Notes: generated by a model from the letters alone, not told the origin. Counted from the stretch's first letter, positions 29,432 through 39,526 are shown. The stretch: 64,000 nucleotides of DNA from Nitrosopumilaceae archaeon (GCA_965203465.1 CBDBCR010000003.1:800001-864000), one strand, 5' to 3'. Numbers and translations: made by a program.

Positions 29432-31409
29432 GGCCCCCGCCCCAAAAGTACCCCTCGCGCACGACCGTCGAGCAGCTCCTGCCGTCATAGTCCACCGAAT
29501 ACGACCTCGCGATGTGCGGCAGCAGGGCGCGGTGTCGCTCTTCGTCGATCTCAGAGTCGGTCGAAAAGACCACCACCTGGTGCGAGGCCGACGGAAGGAA
29601 CTTTTCGACTATGTTGGAGCGGTGCGCCGCGTCGAGCCGGGCCAGCGGCGTGTCTATCATGAACGGGAGTGGGCGGCCCGACGTCCTGGCCAGGGCCCAG
29701 AGCACCGCGGTGGCCAGCATCTGCCGCTCGCCCTTGGACAGCCCCTCGGAGGGCAGCTCTTTGCCGCCCGCGCGCACGCTCACGCGGAACGTCTGCGGGT
29801 CCACGCGCGCCCCGTCCACGAAGCCCTTTTTGCGCAGCAGTGTTCGGAGCGCCTCGGACAGGTGGCCCTCCAAGATTTTGGCCTTCCTTGCCGTGAGCGC
29901 GCCGGCAAACTCCTCCAGGACCCCCTGCACCCTGCCGGACAGCTCCGAGGCGGTCCCCGCCCTCTCGGCCCTGTATATCCGATCCGAGACGCCGCGCAGC
30001 TTCGACTCGGCGTGGCGCGCGAGGGCCAGGCTAGCAGATATTTTCTGCTCGATGTGCTCCATCTCGGCGCGAAGCTGCCCCTCCTGGGCGCGCAGGGCCC
30101 CGGCCTCCGAGACGAGCCGGCCCAGCTCGTCGTCGCGCGGGGCGCTCGCGAGCGAGCGCTCGAGGGGCGCGATCTGCGCGTCCAGCTCCGATATCTCGGA
30201 TGCAAGCTCGGCGAGCTCTTGCGCTGCAAGCTCGGCCTCGGCGGCGACGCTGCGCATCCAGGCCGCCTGCTCTTCCGAAGGGCCCGGCGGTGGATCGGGC
30301 GGCGCCTCTTCCTCCATGGCACCGAGCAGCCGGCCAAGCGCCCCCGAGGCCCTAGCCGCGTCCGCATCGGACAGGCCGGCCCCCCTCCAGAATTGGTCCC
30401 CGCACGCCCCCCTTATCCTCGACAGCTGGGCGCTCGCCGCCCCGTGGCCGGCGGCCCTGCGCCGCGCCTCCTCGAGCCCGCGCAGCCTGCCCGCCAGAGA
30501 TTCCATGCGCCGCGGTATCATCGCAAACGGCAGCGCCCCCGAGCACAGATCCGCCAGGCGCCGGGCGCGGTCCTGGCGCGCCGACTTTTTTTCGGCCATC
30601 GTCCGCACGGTCTGCTCGCGCCGCTCGGCAAAGCCGCCGCCCACCCGCCGTATGCGGGATTCGGCGGACTCGATGCCGGCGAGGACCTGATCGAGCTCGC
30701 CGCGCTTGCGCGCGAGCGCCTCGCGCAGGCGGGCGGCCGCTTGCGCGCCCTCCTTGGCCTCGGCCCTGCACGCCTCGAACTCTTTTCTGAGCTCGGCGTC
30801 CGGCCCCGACAGGCGGCGCGCCGCGCCCACGCGCAGGTCGTCTGCCAGCTGCTCTGCCAGCTCTATGCCGAGCAGCGAGCGGAACGCCTCGCGCACCGCC
30901 TCCTGCTCGCCGCTCTCGGCCATCCTGGTTATCTTTTCGCCGTCGAAGAAAAACAGTTCGGCTATCCCCCGGGGCACCAGGTCGCCGAGGAACGACTGCC
31001 AGTGGGCGCGCTCGACGGTGTCGAGCCGGACGGCCGGGCCCCCGGGCGGGCCGCGGCTGACCTCGAGCCGCTCGTCTATCCGGTCGCCGGTCCACGAGCG
31101 CTCGACGGTGTACTCTGATTCTTCCCCGCCGCGGAAGATCCGCAGGCGCACTTTTACCGAAGCCCCTGTCCGGCGGCCGCCGGGGCCGCGGTGTATCAGC
31201 GAGCGGAGCATGTCGTGGTAGGCCTTTTTGCCCATGCGCGGCGGCGCGCCGTACAGGCAGAGCGTGACCGACTCGAAGAGCGTGGTCTTGCCGGCCCCGT
31301 TCATGCCGCCGACCAGCACCACGGGCCTGCCGTCGGCCGGCTCGAGGTCGAACTCGCAGGTGCCCGCGTACGCGCCGTAGTCGCGCAGCACCACCCGGGA
31401 TATGATCAT
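29424..31409 (-). CDS. dndD: DNA phosphorothioation SMC-like ATPase DndD
   Basis: GGMNGAGKTTL, LFFFDGEKI, LSKGERQ, IDTPLARLD and SHQVVVFSTDSEI motifs. Confidence 0.93.
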   Translation of the reverse strand: MIISRVVLRDYGAYAGTCEFDLEPADGRPVVLVGGMNGAGKTTLFESVTLCLYGAPPRMGKKAYHDMLRSLIHRGPGGRRTGASVKVRLRIFRGGEESEYTVERSWTGDRIDERLEVSRGPPGGPAVRLDTVERAHWQSFLGDLVPRGIAELFFFDGEKITRMAESGEQEAVREAFRSLLGIELAEQLADDLRVGAARRLSGPDAELRKEFEACRAEAKEGAQAAARLREALARKRGELDQVLAGIESAESRIRRVGGGFAERREQTVRTMAEKKSARQDRARRLADLCSGALPFAMIPRRMESLAGRLRGLEEARRRAAGHGAASAQLSRIRGACGDQFWRGAGLSDADAARASGALGRLLGAMEEEAPPDPPPGPSEEQAAWMRSVAAEAELAAQELAELASEISELDAQIAPLERSLASAPRDDELGRLVSEAGALRAQEGQLRAEMEHIEQKISASLALARHAESKLRGVSDRIYRAERAGTASELSGRVQGVLEEFAGALTARKAKILEGHLSEALRTLLRKKGFVDGARVDPQTFRVSVRAGGKELPSEGLSKGERQMLATAVLWALARTSGRPLPFMIDTPLARLDAAHRSNIVEKFLPSASHQVVVFSTDSEIDEERHRALLPHIARSYSVDYDGRSCSTVVREGYFWGGGRG

Positions 31410-32857
31410 TTCGCGCGCCGCTCCAGGTCCTTTACTATCTCGGACAGATCCTCGCGCCACTCCTCTGACAGTATCTGCTCCAGCCGGGGGAATATGCGCG
31501 AGTGGCGCGCCATGCCTGAAAACTCGCGCTCGGCGTCGAGCAGCTTGGATACGAGCAGCGGGGGAACGCCGCGCCGGGAGCATATCCGTTCGAGCACCTC
31601 CTGCTCGGCGCCGCCGAACCTGCCCGCGTCGTCGGGCGGAGGCTCGAGCTCTTTTCCGCAGACCCGGTGGTATATGGCGTACGCGGAGTTTTTCCAGTCC
31701 CCCCGCTCGGCCCTCCACAGGCGCTGTATCTCGTGGATCTCGTCCTCGCCCACGAGGGTCATGCGCGGGTCGGGCCCCTCTTTTCTGACCCGCTCCTGGG
31801 CCTGGAGCAGCTTTTCGAGGAATTCCCGGCAGAACTCCAGCGTGTACGGGCCCGGGACCAGCCTCGATTCGGGGTCCTGGGGCGCGCCGGCCTCGCGGTT
31901 TTTCTTTTCGAAACTCTCCCTGCGCGCCTCGTCTATCAGCTTCATCTGGCCGGTCCTGCGCTTGGGCGAGCGCACCTGCCGGCGGCGGGACGGCTCCTGC
32001 GTGGCCTTTAGGTACTCGCGCAGCTCGAGCAGCGGCTGCATCCACTCCTGCCCGCTGTCTATGGTGTTGCTCAGCGAGTCGTCCTTTTCGACCACGGTGC
32101 ATGTCCAGCAGCCGAACCTGCTGTTGCCGCACGAGGGCGTGCTGGTGTCGACCACCAGGGGGCACTCGGAGCCGCGCGCGTTGCGGTACATGGCCGCCAA
32201 GTCGCGGTTGTTCGAACCCCACGGGCTCGGGCGGGCCAGCAGGTACTTCCAGACGTCCTTTTCGGCAAAGTCGCGCAGCGGCGTGTACACGTAGGTCTGG
32301 GCGAACTTTGAGTGGCGCGAGAGCCGGCTGCCCTCTATCTCGTACATGTTCATCAGCTGCTGCCGCGAGGTGCTCTCGTCCTTGCGGGTGCCGAGCACCA
32401 CGACGGCCTCGCCGTACTCGGAGGCCTTTTCCTGTATGAAGCGGTCGGCGTTGCGTATCTTTAGGCGCTCGGTGCACCAGCGGAACATGTTGGTGGGGGC
32501 CGGAAAGCCCTTGCCCAGAAGGCACACCCAGAACGTGTCCTGCAGCACGGGCCGCACCAAGTTGGTCGATACTGGCAGGCGCGACTTTGCGGCCGCCTCC
32601 TCCATCATCTCGAGGGTGCTCGTTATCTGCTGCACGACGGCGGGCGACTCCACCAAGGTGTCCGACGATATGATGAACAGCTTTTTGGACAGTTTTTCTT
32701 GGGGCAGCTTTGAGAGGGCGTCCCAGACCAGCTGCACCATGCACGTCGAATCCTTGCCGCCGCTAAAGCCCAGTATCCACGGGCGCCGGTCGCCCAAGTA
32801 CACCTCGCGTATCTCGCCGTGTATCTGCTCGACGGTGCGCCGCTCGAATACGCTCAT
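31406..32857 (-). CDS. dndC: DNA phosphorothioation sulfurtransferase DndC (PAPS-reductase family)
   Basis: PWILGFSGGKDS, RWCTERLKI and ECPLVVDTSTPSCGNSRFGCWTC motifs. Confidence 0.95.
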   Translation of the reverse strand: MSVFERRTVEQIHGEIREVYLGDRRPWILGFSGGKDSTCMVQLVWDALSKLPQEKLSKKLFIISSDTLVESPAVVQQITSTLEMMEEAAAKSRLPVSTNLVRPVLQDTFWVCLLGKGFPAPTNMFRWCTERLKIRNADRFIQEKASEYGEAVVVLGTRKDESTSRQQLMNMYEIEGSRLSRHSKFAQTYVYTPLRDFAEKDVWKYLLARPSPWGSNNRDLAAMYRNARGSECPLVVDTSTPSCGNSRFGCWTCTVVEKDDSLSNTIDSGQEWMQPLLELREYLKATQEPSRRRQVRSPKRRTGQMKLIDEARRESFEKKNREAGAPQDPESRLVPGPYTLEFCREFLEKLLQAQERVRKEGPDPRMTLVGEDEIHEIQRLWRAERGDWKNSAYAIYHRVCGKELEPPPDDAGRFGGAEQEVLERICSRRGVPPLLVSKLLDAEREFSGMARHSRIFPRLEQILSEEWREDLSEIVKDLERRAK

Positions 32858-33968
32858 GCGTCCATCCCCACCTGCCCCGGCTCGCCCAGCTCTTCCAGGA
32901 TTTTGTTGGCCGCCCTCTTTATGGCCAGCCTGTTCTTGACCATCTTGCCGTCGACGACCACGTTGTTCTGCCAGCCGGGCGCCTTTTTGCGCCAGTCGAT
33001 GTCGCGCAGGCCGGCTAGGCGGTCGCGCCAGCCCTGACCGCGGGTCAGCACGTTGCCGGCCAGCCCTATGGCGTTGAGTATGTTTGTGTGGGCGTGGACG
33101 TACTCGCGGCGCAGCTCGTAGGCGCTGATCTTCTTTTCGGCCAGCAGGCGCCACTCCGGTATGTTGTCCGATACGGAGTTCCAGAATTCGACTGCCAGCT
33201 TCTGGTTCTCGGCGGAGACCGACTTTGTAGTCTGCCGCAGGCCCAGCAGGTGCCGCGTGGCGTCGGCCACGCCGTTGAGGGTCACGAAGTTGGTCGAGCG
33301 GTTGGATATGTTTGTCTTTTCCTCCTCGGTGCGGCCCGCAAAGACCTCGATGTCCCTAGTCATGTTGACGACGAAGCGGGCGAACGTGTCGCGGTGGTCG
33401 TAGAGCAGGCCCAGCGACTTTGTCGGCTTTACGGCGTGCTTGTTTAGATCGGCGAACATCTGCTGGCTGTGCTTGAGGCCCCTGTCCTCGAAGACCACGA
33501 CGGCCATCTTTTCGCTCTCGATGCCCGGGTTTTGTTCGCACGCGTGCCGTATGGCCGCGCACCTGTGCTGGCCGTCGTTTACGATCATCTTTGCGTTGGT
33601 GGGCACGTGTATGAAGCCCGTGCGGCCCTGCGAGTCGTTTGGCGGCGCCGGCTCGAAGGTTATGGAGCGGTCCACTGAGACGGTGACTGCCGAAAAGACG
33701 TAGTCGTCGGGGTTGTCGAGCACGTAGGATGCGATGTGCGGCACCCGCGAGGAGCGCAGGCGGCGCTGGGAGCGCAGGTTTGCAGGAAGCCCCGAGTCCT
33801 TGTCGAACTTGAACATGGTGCTGACCGTCCCAAAGTCGCACATCATTACGTAGAATTCGCGCCCCGCCTGGTTGCCCCTTACCGCCGGGAACGGGATGGA
33901 CGAGACTGCGCCAATTTCAGACCCCCCCCCCCCCCGCGGGAGTAGTCGGTCGGGCGCGTCGTAGGCAT
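32854..33968 (-). CDS. dndB: DndB (DGQHR domain); ATG 33968 is out of frame across a G14 tract as assembled
   Basis: FPAVRGNQAGREFYV, NDGQHR and QQMFADLNKHAVKP motifs. The conserved N-terminus lies upstream of the first in-frame ATG at 33846. Confidence 0.9.
33922..33935 (-). repeat. Poly-G14 tract in the 5' coding region of dndB
   Basis: 14 consecutive C on the plus strand; the longest homopolymer I noticed in the window. Confidence 0.95.
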
Positions 33969-33989
33969 CTGGGCAGGGTTTGGAAGCAG

Positions 33990-33999
33990 GTTATAAAAT
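33990..33999 (-). promoter_or_regulatory. TATA box of the dnd operon
   Basis: TTTTATAA on the minus strand about 23 nt upstream of ATG 33968, consistent with a leaderless transcript. Confidence 0.65.
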
Positions 34000-34125
34000 A
34001 GTTTTGTGTGCGCTGTGGTGTAGATGAAGAACGTTAGCATAAAAGATTGTTACAACTCTTGTTAATCGAAATTAAGAGCAGTTCGATGAACGTATCATGC
34101 AACGGAAGCATGTTGTAATAGCTTA

Positions 34126-35949
34126 ATGATAAATATGTACAACACATGGTTTTTGTATGATGTCCTAGGGCTGTTACGTATGGAAGAAACTAGTCTGATG
34201 GATGTTTTATGTGACGAAGTAGAGCAGCTCAAATACGACTATTGTTATCCTGATCTAGGCCGAGCTTTCCAACATTGGTGTGCAGCACACATCTTGAGTC
34301 TAGTGGATGAAGATGTGGCTATGGGAATAAAAGGAAACCAAGCCCGAGATAAAGGCATAGACTACCTGCACGTAGACGAAGACGAAGAAACTGTAAACAT
34401 ACTCCAGACCAAATTTAGCGATAAATTGAACACTACTGTCTCGAATGAGGATCTAAGTTCGTTCTTTGCTACGCCCGACAGACTCAGCAATGGTTACCAA
34501 GGAGACAACGCATTCCGAGAACGCCACGCACAATACGTAGCAGCCGTGTCGAGGGGGTTCAAGATCAATTTGATTTTTGTTATGACTGGAGATCTGACGG
34601 ATACGAACAAGGAGGAGATCGAAATCCACAAATTGAAACTCTCTGAAAATATGACGTTCGACTGTATAGAAAACAAAGATTTGCCAGGCTTGGTTGGAGA
34701 TCCTCCAAGCCCTCCGTGCAAGTTGAACGTCGTAGAAAACGAGGTGTTCGTAAGTATGTCTTCGGACATGCAGTCTAGAAAGGTGGTGGCCACTGTACAG
34801 GGTAGTGAGCTTGCACGAATATATAGCAAAATAGGTCCCAACACTCTGTTTTCAGCCAATCCGAGAAAATACATACCGTCCAAGGGTGCTTCACGCGATA
34901 TCAAAAAAACACTAGAAAGCGAACCTGAACGTCTGTGGCATTACAACAACGGAGTCAGCGCAGTCTGTGAATCTTTCGAATACGATAAACAAGACAGATC
35001 TCTAAAAATTAAAAACTTCAAGATAGTCAATGGTTGCCAAACGGTTTCTACAATAGCTAAACAAAAGTTTGTATCTGAACATGCCACCGTGCTACTCCGT
35101 CTCTCACAGGTTTCAGACCAAGACTTTCGCCGAGCTATAAGTGCCAACACCAACAATCAACAACCTGTCAAGGCATCGGATCTGTATTCTAACAGAGACG
35201 AACTTAAGATCCTGGAACACAAATTCAAAAAATATCCCGCGTTCTTTTGGGAAAGGAAGAAGGGCGATTTGAGAGGTCTGGATGACAAGACCAGATCAAG
35301 ATATACGAAAGAGAAGCGTCAAAAGCTATATGTGATCGACAACGTGGTAGCGGCCCGGCTCAAACTAGCATTCGGGCTAGGGAAACCCCACTTGTCTATC
35401 ACTATAGCCGAGAAAAAAATATTTTCCAACGACGAGATCGGTCAGTCTGGACTGCGAGCATTTACAACAATATACGGCAATGCTAAACCAAGCGAGTTTA
35501 TACTCCCAAACATTTTCTTGTATTTGATCAAGAATTTGGACGTTGGGAACCATCGGGAATCTGAAGCGTTGATCAGCATCACACTTGGTCGCTACTATGT
35601 AATCGGAATGATCGATAGAATACTCCAATCGATCCAGAGCGAAGAGAGAAGTCGTCTGGAAGAACAGATAATCAAAGCTGCATCCGATTACGACGAAGAA
35701 ACTATAGAAGAACTGCGCGATAACCTACGCAAACTCGTAGAATGGATGTCTCTCGCACTACCTAGAATACTAGAGCAACCGACAATACCACTACACGAAC
35801 ACGCCCCTACAGGATTGCGCGATAAACTCAAAGAAAAAGATGTGCTAGACAAGTTGCATGTGGAACGCCAATGCCAGTTGTCATTGGCGCCTGATAGCAC
35901 AGATTGGTTCAAAGAAAAGCTAAGCCAAACGTTTGGAGCGAGATGTTAA
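34126..35949 (+). CDS. AIPR family protein
   Basis: N-terminal DKGIDY...ILQTKF nuclease-like segment, then LFSANPRKYI, WHYNNGVS, IVNGCQT and ANTNNQQPV. Low GC. Start may be ATG 34180. Confidence 0.85.
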   Translation: MINMYNTWFLYDVLGLLRMEETSLMDVLCDEVEQLKYDYCYPDLGRAFQHWCAAHILSLVDEDVAMGIKGNQARDKGIDYLHVDEDEETVNILQTKFSDKLNTTVSNEDLSSFFATPDRLSNGYQGDNAFRERHAQYVAAVSRGFKINLIFVMTGDLTDTNKEEIEIHKLKLSENMTFDCIENKDLPGLVGDPPSPPCKLNVVENEVFVSMSSDMQSRKVVATVQGSELARIYSKIGPNTLFSANPRKYIPSKGASRDIKKTLESEPERLWHYNNGVSAVCESFEYDKQDRSLKIKNFKIVNGCQTVSTIAKQKFVSEHATVLLRLSQVSDQDFRRAISANTNNQQPVKASDLYSNRDELKILEHKFKKYPAFFWERKKGDLRGLDDKTRSRYTKEKRQKLYVIDNVVAARLKLAFGLGKPHLSITIAEKKIFSNDEIGQSGLRAFTTIYGNAKPSEFILPNIFLYLIKNLDVGNHRESEALISITLGRYYVIGMIDRILQSIQSEERSRLEEQIIKAASDYDEETIEELRDNLRKLVEWMSLALPRILEQPTIPLHEHAPTGLRDKLKEKDVLDKLHVERQCQLSLAPDSTDWFKEKLSQTFGARC

Positions 35950-36076
35950 CCAACCACCAGAAATGACTGTGCGTGCACATGCGATACGATTTGTCTTGTT
36001 TGAAGCAACGTTGGACAAGTAGATCCGAATCAACCAAATGCGGTTCGAGTAGATCCTATCATGTTGGATACTTTAC

Positions 36077-36916
36077 TCACTTTTCCACCGGGGTGCCGAC
36101 CATGTTGCCCCACTCTGTCCACGAGCCGTCGTAGTTGCGCACGCGCGGGTACCCCAGCAGGTACTTTAGCACGAACCAAGAGTGCGACGAGCGCTCCCCT
36201 ATCCGGCAGTAGCACACCACGTCGCGGTCCGGCGTGACCCCGCTCGACGAGTACAGCTCGCGCAGCTCGTCGGCCGTCCGGAACGTGCCGTCCTCGTCGT
36301 TGACCGCCTTTAGCCACGGGATGTTCTGGGCCCCCGGTATGTGACCGGCCCGCTGCGCGTTCTCGGAAGGGTACTCTGGGGGGGCGGCCACCTGGCCGGA
36401 AAACTCGGGCGGCGAGCGCACGTCGACGAGCCGCGCGTCCGGCCTGCCCATGGCCCTGCGCACGTCCTCGACGTACGCGCGCAGGCCCTCGTCTGGCGGC
36501 GGCGAGCGGTACTCGGACGGCGATATGGACGGCTCGTCCGTCTCGTAGCCGCGCCCCTCCATCTCCCACTTTTTGCGCCCCCCGTCCATCAGGCGCACGT
36601 CCTCGTGGCCGTAGTACTTGAAGACCCAGAACGCGAACGCGGCGAACCAGTTGTTGAAATCGCCGTACAGCACCACCGTCGTCTCCGGCATCACGCCGTG
36701 GCGCGACATCAATTCGTCAAAGCCCTCGCGCGAGACGATGTCGCGGGTGAGCGGATCGTTGATGTCCTGCCGCCACCGCGCCAGCGAGGCGCCCGGCACG
36801 TGGCCGCGCGCGTACGCGGATTCGGGGTCGTAGTCCACCTCGATCACGCGGGCCTGCGCCGGCTTTTCGGCGACCCACCCGGTCGTGACCAGCACCTCGG
36901 GATGCGCGTATTCCAC
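36077..36916 (-). CDS. Tandem-domain rhodanese / thiosulfate sulfurtransferase
   Basis: GHIPGA, YCRIGERSS and YDGSWTEW motifs. Confidence 0.93.
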   Translation of the reverse strand: MEYAHPEVLVTTGWVAEKPAQARVIEVDYDPESAYARGHVPGASLARWRQDINDPLTRDIVSREGFDELMSRHGVMPETTVVLYGDFNNWFAAFAFWVFKYYGHEDVRLMDGGRKKWEMEGRGYETDEPSISPSEYRSPPPDEGLRAYVEDVRRAMGRPDARLVDVRSPPEFSGQVAAPPEYPSENAQRAGHIPGAQNIPWLKAVNDEDGTFRTADELRELYSSSGVTPDRDVVCYCRIGERSSHSWFVLKYLLGYPRVRNYDGSWTEWGNMVGTPVEK

Positions 36917-36989
36917 GGGCCGGCGCCGGACGGCGGGGTAATTAGCTTTGCGGCGCGGCCTTATTAGTGGGCGGGCCGGCAGGGCCGGG

Positions 36990-37994
36990 TTGGAGCCCCC
37001 GCAGAGCCGGCCCGTCAGGATAGCCTTCGCGTACAGGCCCTCGTGGGAGTACTACCGGCCCGGGCACACCGTGGGCACCAGGTACGAGTTCTTCTTCCAC
37101 GCGCTGGCCCGCTCAAAGTCGGCCGAGGTGGGGTACTTTGGCTCCGAGGGCGTCATCGACGCGGCCGAGCTTGCAGGCAAGTGGGACGTCATCCTGTGCA
37201 CGAACAGCGCGCTGGGCACGCCGCGCCTGGCCAACGTCAGAAAGTCGGGCATCCCAGTCGTCGCCCAGACGCACGACCCCCACCTGGTAAAAGAGCTGGA
37301 CATGGCGCGCGATGTCTCGGAGCACGCCATATCCTGCTGCTTTGGGTTCATGCCCAAGCGCTACTTTTACAGGTACTTTCCCAAGAGCGTCAGGTACGAG
37401 GTCGTGCGGTGGGGCCTCGAGCCGGGTCTGTTCGGGCGGCTGCCCCCCTTCGGCTCCAGGATAAAGGACCGGGTGCTGCTCACCGGCGAGCTGGCCCGCA
37501 GGAGCATGGTCAAAAAGATGGTGCACGCGGTATCGAGGCGCGGCCAGTCCGAGGTGGCCGCCAACTACAAGCTGCGCAGGGCCTGCGCCTCGCTGCCCGG
37601 CGTGGACTATTCGGGCAGGGACCGCGTCACGGGCAGGTACCGCAACGGCGGCGCGGGCAGCTATGCGGGCCATCTCTCCGGGTACCGCGCGGCCATCGCG
37701 GCCGCCGGCCTGTACCCTACGGCAAAGTACTGGGAGACGCCGGCAGCCGGCTGCCTGACGTTCATGGAGGTCAACGGGGGCAACGGCGCGGCGGACCTGG
37801 GGTACAGGGACATGGAGAGCGCAGTCTTTGTGGACTCCAGAAACTACAGGGAAAGGATAAGCCGGTACCTGGAGACCGCCGACGATCCCTCGTGGGCCCG
37901 CATAGCAGAGGCGGGCAGGCGCCACGCCCTCGAGAACCTGAGCAACGACAGGGCCGTCGAGGACCTGGTCGGGATAGCGAGGAGCCTCCTGTAG
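36990..37994 (+). CDS. Glycosyltransferase (CgeB-like GT-B C-terminus)
   Basis: KYWETPAAGCL and ARIAEAGRRHALEN motifs. Confidence 0.7.
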   Translation: MEPPQSRPVRIAFAYRPSWEYYRPGHTVGTRYEFFFHALARSKSAEVGYFGSEGVIDAAELAGKWDVILCTNSALGTPRLANVRKSGIPVVAQTHDPHLVKELDMARDVSEHAISCCFGFMPKRYFYRYFPKSVRYEVVRWGLEPGLFGRLPPFGSRIKDRVLLTGELARRSMVKKMVHAVSRRGQSEVAANYKLRRACASLPGVDYSGRDRVTGRYRNGGAGSYAGHLSGYRAAIAAAGLYPTAKYWETPAAGCLTFMEVNGGNGAADLGYRDMESAVFVDSRNYRERISRYLETADDPSWARIAEAGRRHALENLSNDRAVEDLVGIARSLL

Positions 37995-38087
37995 GCCGGG
38001 GCGGGCCCGCACGGGCCGGCTACCGGGCCCGAACCGGCGCCCTGAAGCGCCGCATAGACATTAATCGCAGGCGCGCACGCGCGCCCC

Positions 38088-38729
38088 GTGCAAGAGGCGT
38101 CCCTGAAGCGGCTAAAGATCCGCAATTTCAAGAGCTTTGCGGACTTGGACGTCGAGTTCAAGGAATTCAACGTGCTCGTCGGGGCCAACGCCGCGGGCAA
38201 GTCCAATTTCGCGCAGATCTTCAAGTTCGTAAAAGACGTGCGCGGGGGGCTAGCCGACGCGCTTGCGATGCAGGGCGGCGCCGAATACGTGCTCAACTTT
38301 GACGGCGGCAGCCGCATGTCGATGGAGCTCGAGATCGACTTTCCTCACAACCCAAAGATCTCCAGCCTGCCCAACCCGCGACGCCAGCTGTACAACACGC
38401 GCGGAGTGGAACTTCGAGCTGGAGGTGGGCAAGAGGGCGGGGTTCGAGATCCTGTCCGATGCGTGGCGGTTTTACGCAATGGGGGTCAAACAGGATCGGG
38501 TAGACGGCATCTTGTACGCAAAGTCGGAAAACGGAAAGGTGTCACTCGAGCCGGACTTTCCAGCGGACGTCGTGGACGAAAAGTAGCTGGGCCTGTACGG
38601 GACAAAGATACCCACAGGCAAGTCGATTTTGGAGTCGCGCGCGGTCATAGATCGCTTGTTCCCGTGGGCAAGGCCGATCTGGCGGCGGTCATAAGGAAAA
38701 GCTGGTCGGCGGGAGGTATGGCGCAATGA
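38088..38729 (+). pseudogene. Truncated and frameshifted ABC/AAA_21-type ATPase
   Basis: LKIRNFKSF and NVLVGANAAGKSN present; frameshift near 38400; no Walker B half. Confidence 0.7.
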
Positions 38730-39526
38730 GCAGCTACAAGTTTTCGACCGTCAAAATAATACCGGATCTCGCCAGGTACGAGCCTGTAAACGTGGGGGTC
38801 ATACTGCACGATGTGGGCAACGCCAGAATCTACCGGAGGTTCACGAACAACTGGGCAGAATTCAAGCGCCGGACGGGGATAGACTACCTGCCGCACACAG
38901 ACGGGCCCGGCGTCGCAGAAGACTGGAATTATCTGGATGCGCTGGCGTCCGAAACAGGCAGGGACAACCTGGAGGTCACCAAACCCAAGCCAGTCTCGCC
39001 AACCAGGGCGCCGCAGGAGACGCTGGACACCCTGTTCAGGATCCAGATCAGCCTGCCCGAAAGGTGCCCGGAGAAAGGATCGGCTACAACCAACACGCTA
39101 CAAGAGTTCCGCAGTTCGCTGTACCGGACAATCCAGAAAATGGGCTTTCCGGAACGAACGTATGAACGCAGGTACGCCTTCAAAGCGACCGTGGTGGACA
39201 GAAAGTTCCCGTGTGCGTTCCTGAAAGGCGGTTTTCCCCACCTGTGCATCGAGTGCCTGTCCTTTTCCGCGGGCAACGTGCTGCGTACAACCAAGAGCGC
39301 GGTCTCCGACATCGAACTCGTGCGCAAATCGCAGAGGAAATCGGGCGGTTTGCAAACCGACTTCAAGATATTCTCCGAACAGGATCGAGACGAAGTCCAC
39401 ACAGCAGACGGCCGCGTCCGGAAGAGTTTGGAGGTGCTGGAACTTTCAGGCATCGAGACAGTGTACAAAAGAGACCGGCAATACGAGCTTGACAAGATAC
39501 TCAAAACCGTGTCCGCGACGGCCTGA
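38726..39526 (+). CDS. DUF3037-domain protein
   Basis: N-terminus YKFSTVKIIPDLARYEPVNVGVIL. Confidence 0.7.
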   Translation: MSSYKFSTVKIIPDLARYEPVNVGVILHDVGNARIYRRFTNNWAEFKRRTGIDYLPHTDGPGVAEDWNYLDALASETGRDNLEVTKPKPVSPTRAPQETLDTLFRIQISLPERCPEKGSATTNTLQEFRSSLYRTIQKMGFPERTYERRYAFKATVVDRKFPCAFLKGGFPHLCIECLSFSAGNVLRTTKSAVSDIELVRKSQRKSGGLQTDFKIFSEQDRDEVHTADGRVRKSLEVLELSGIETVYKRDRQYELDKILKTVSATA

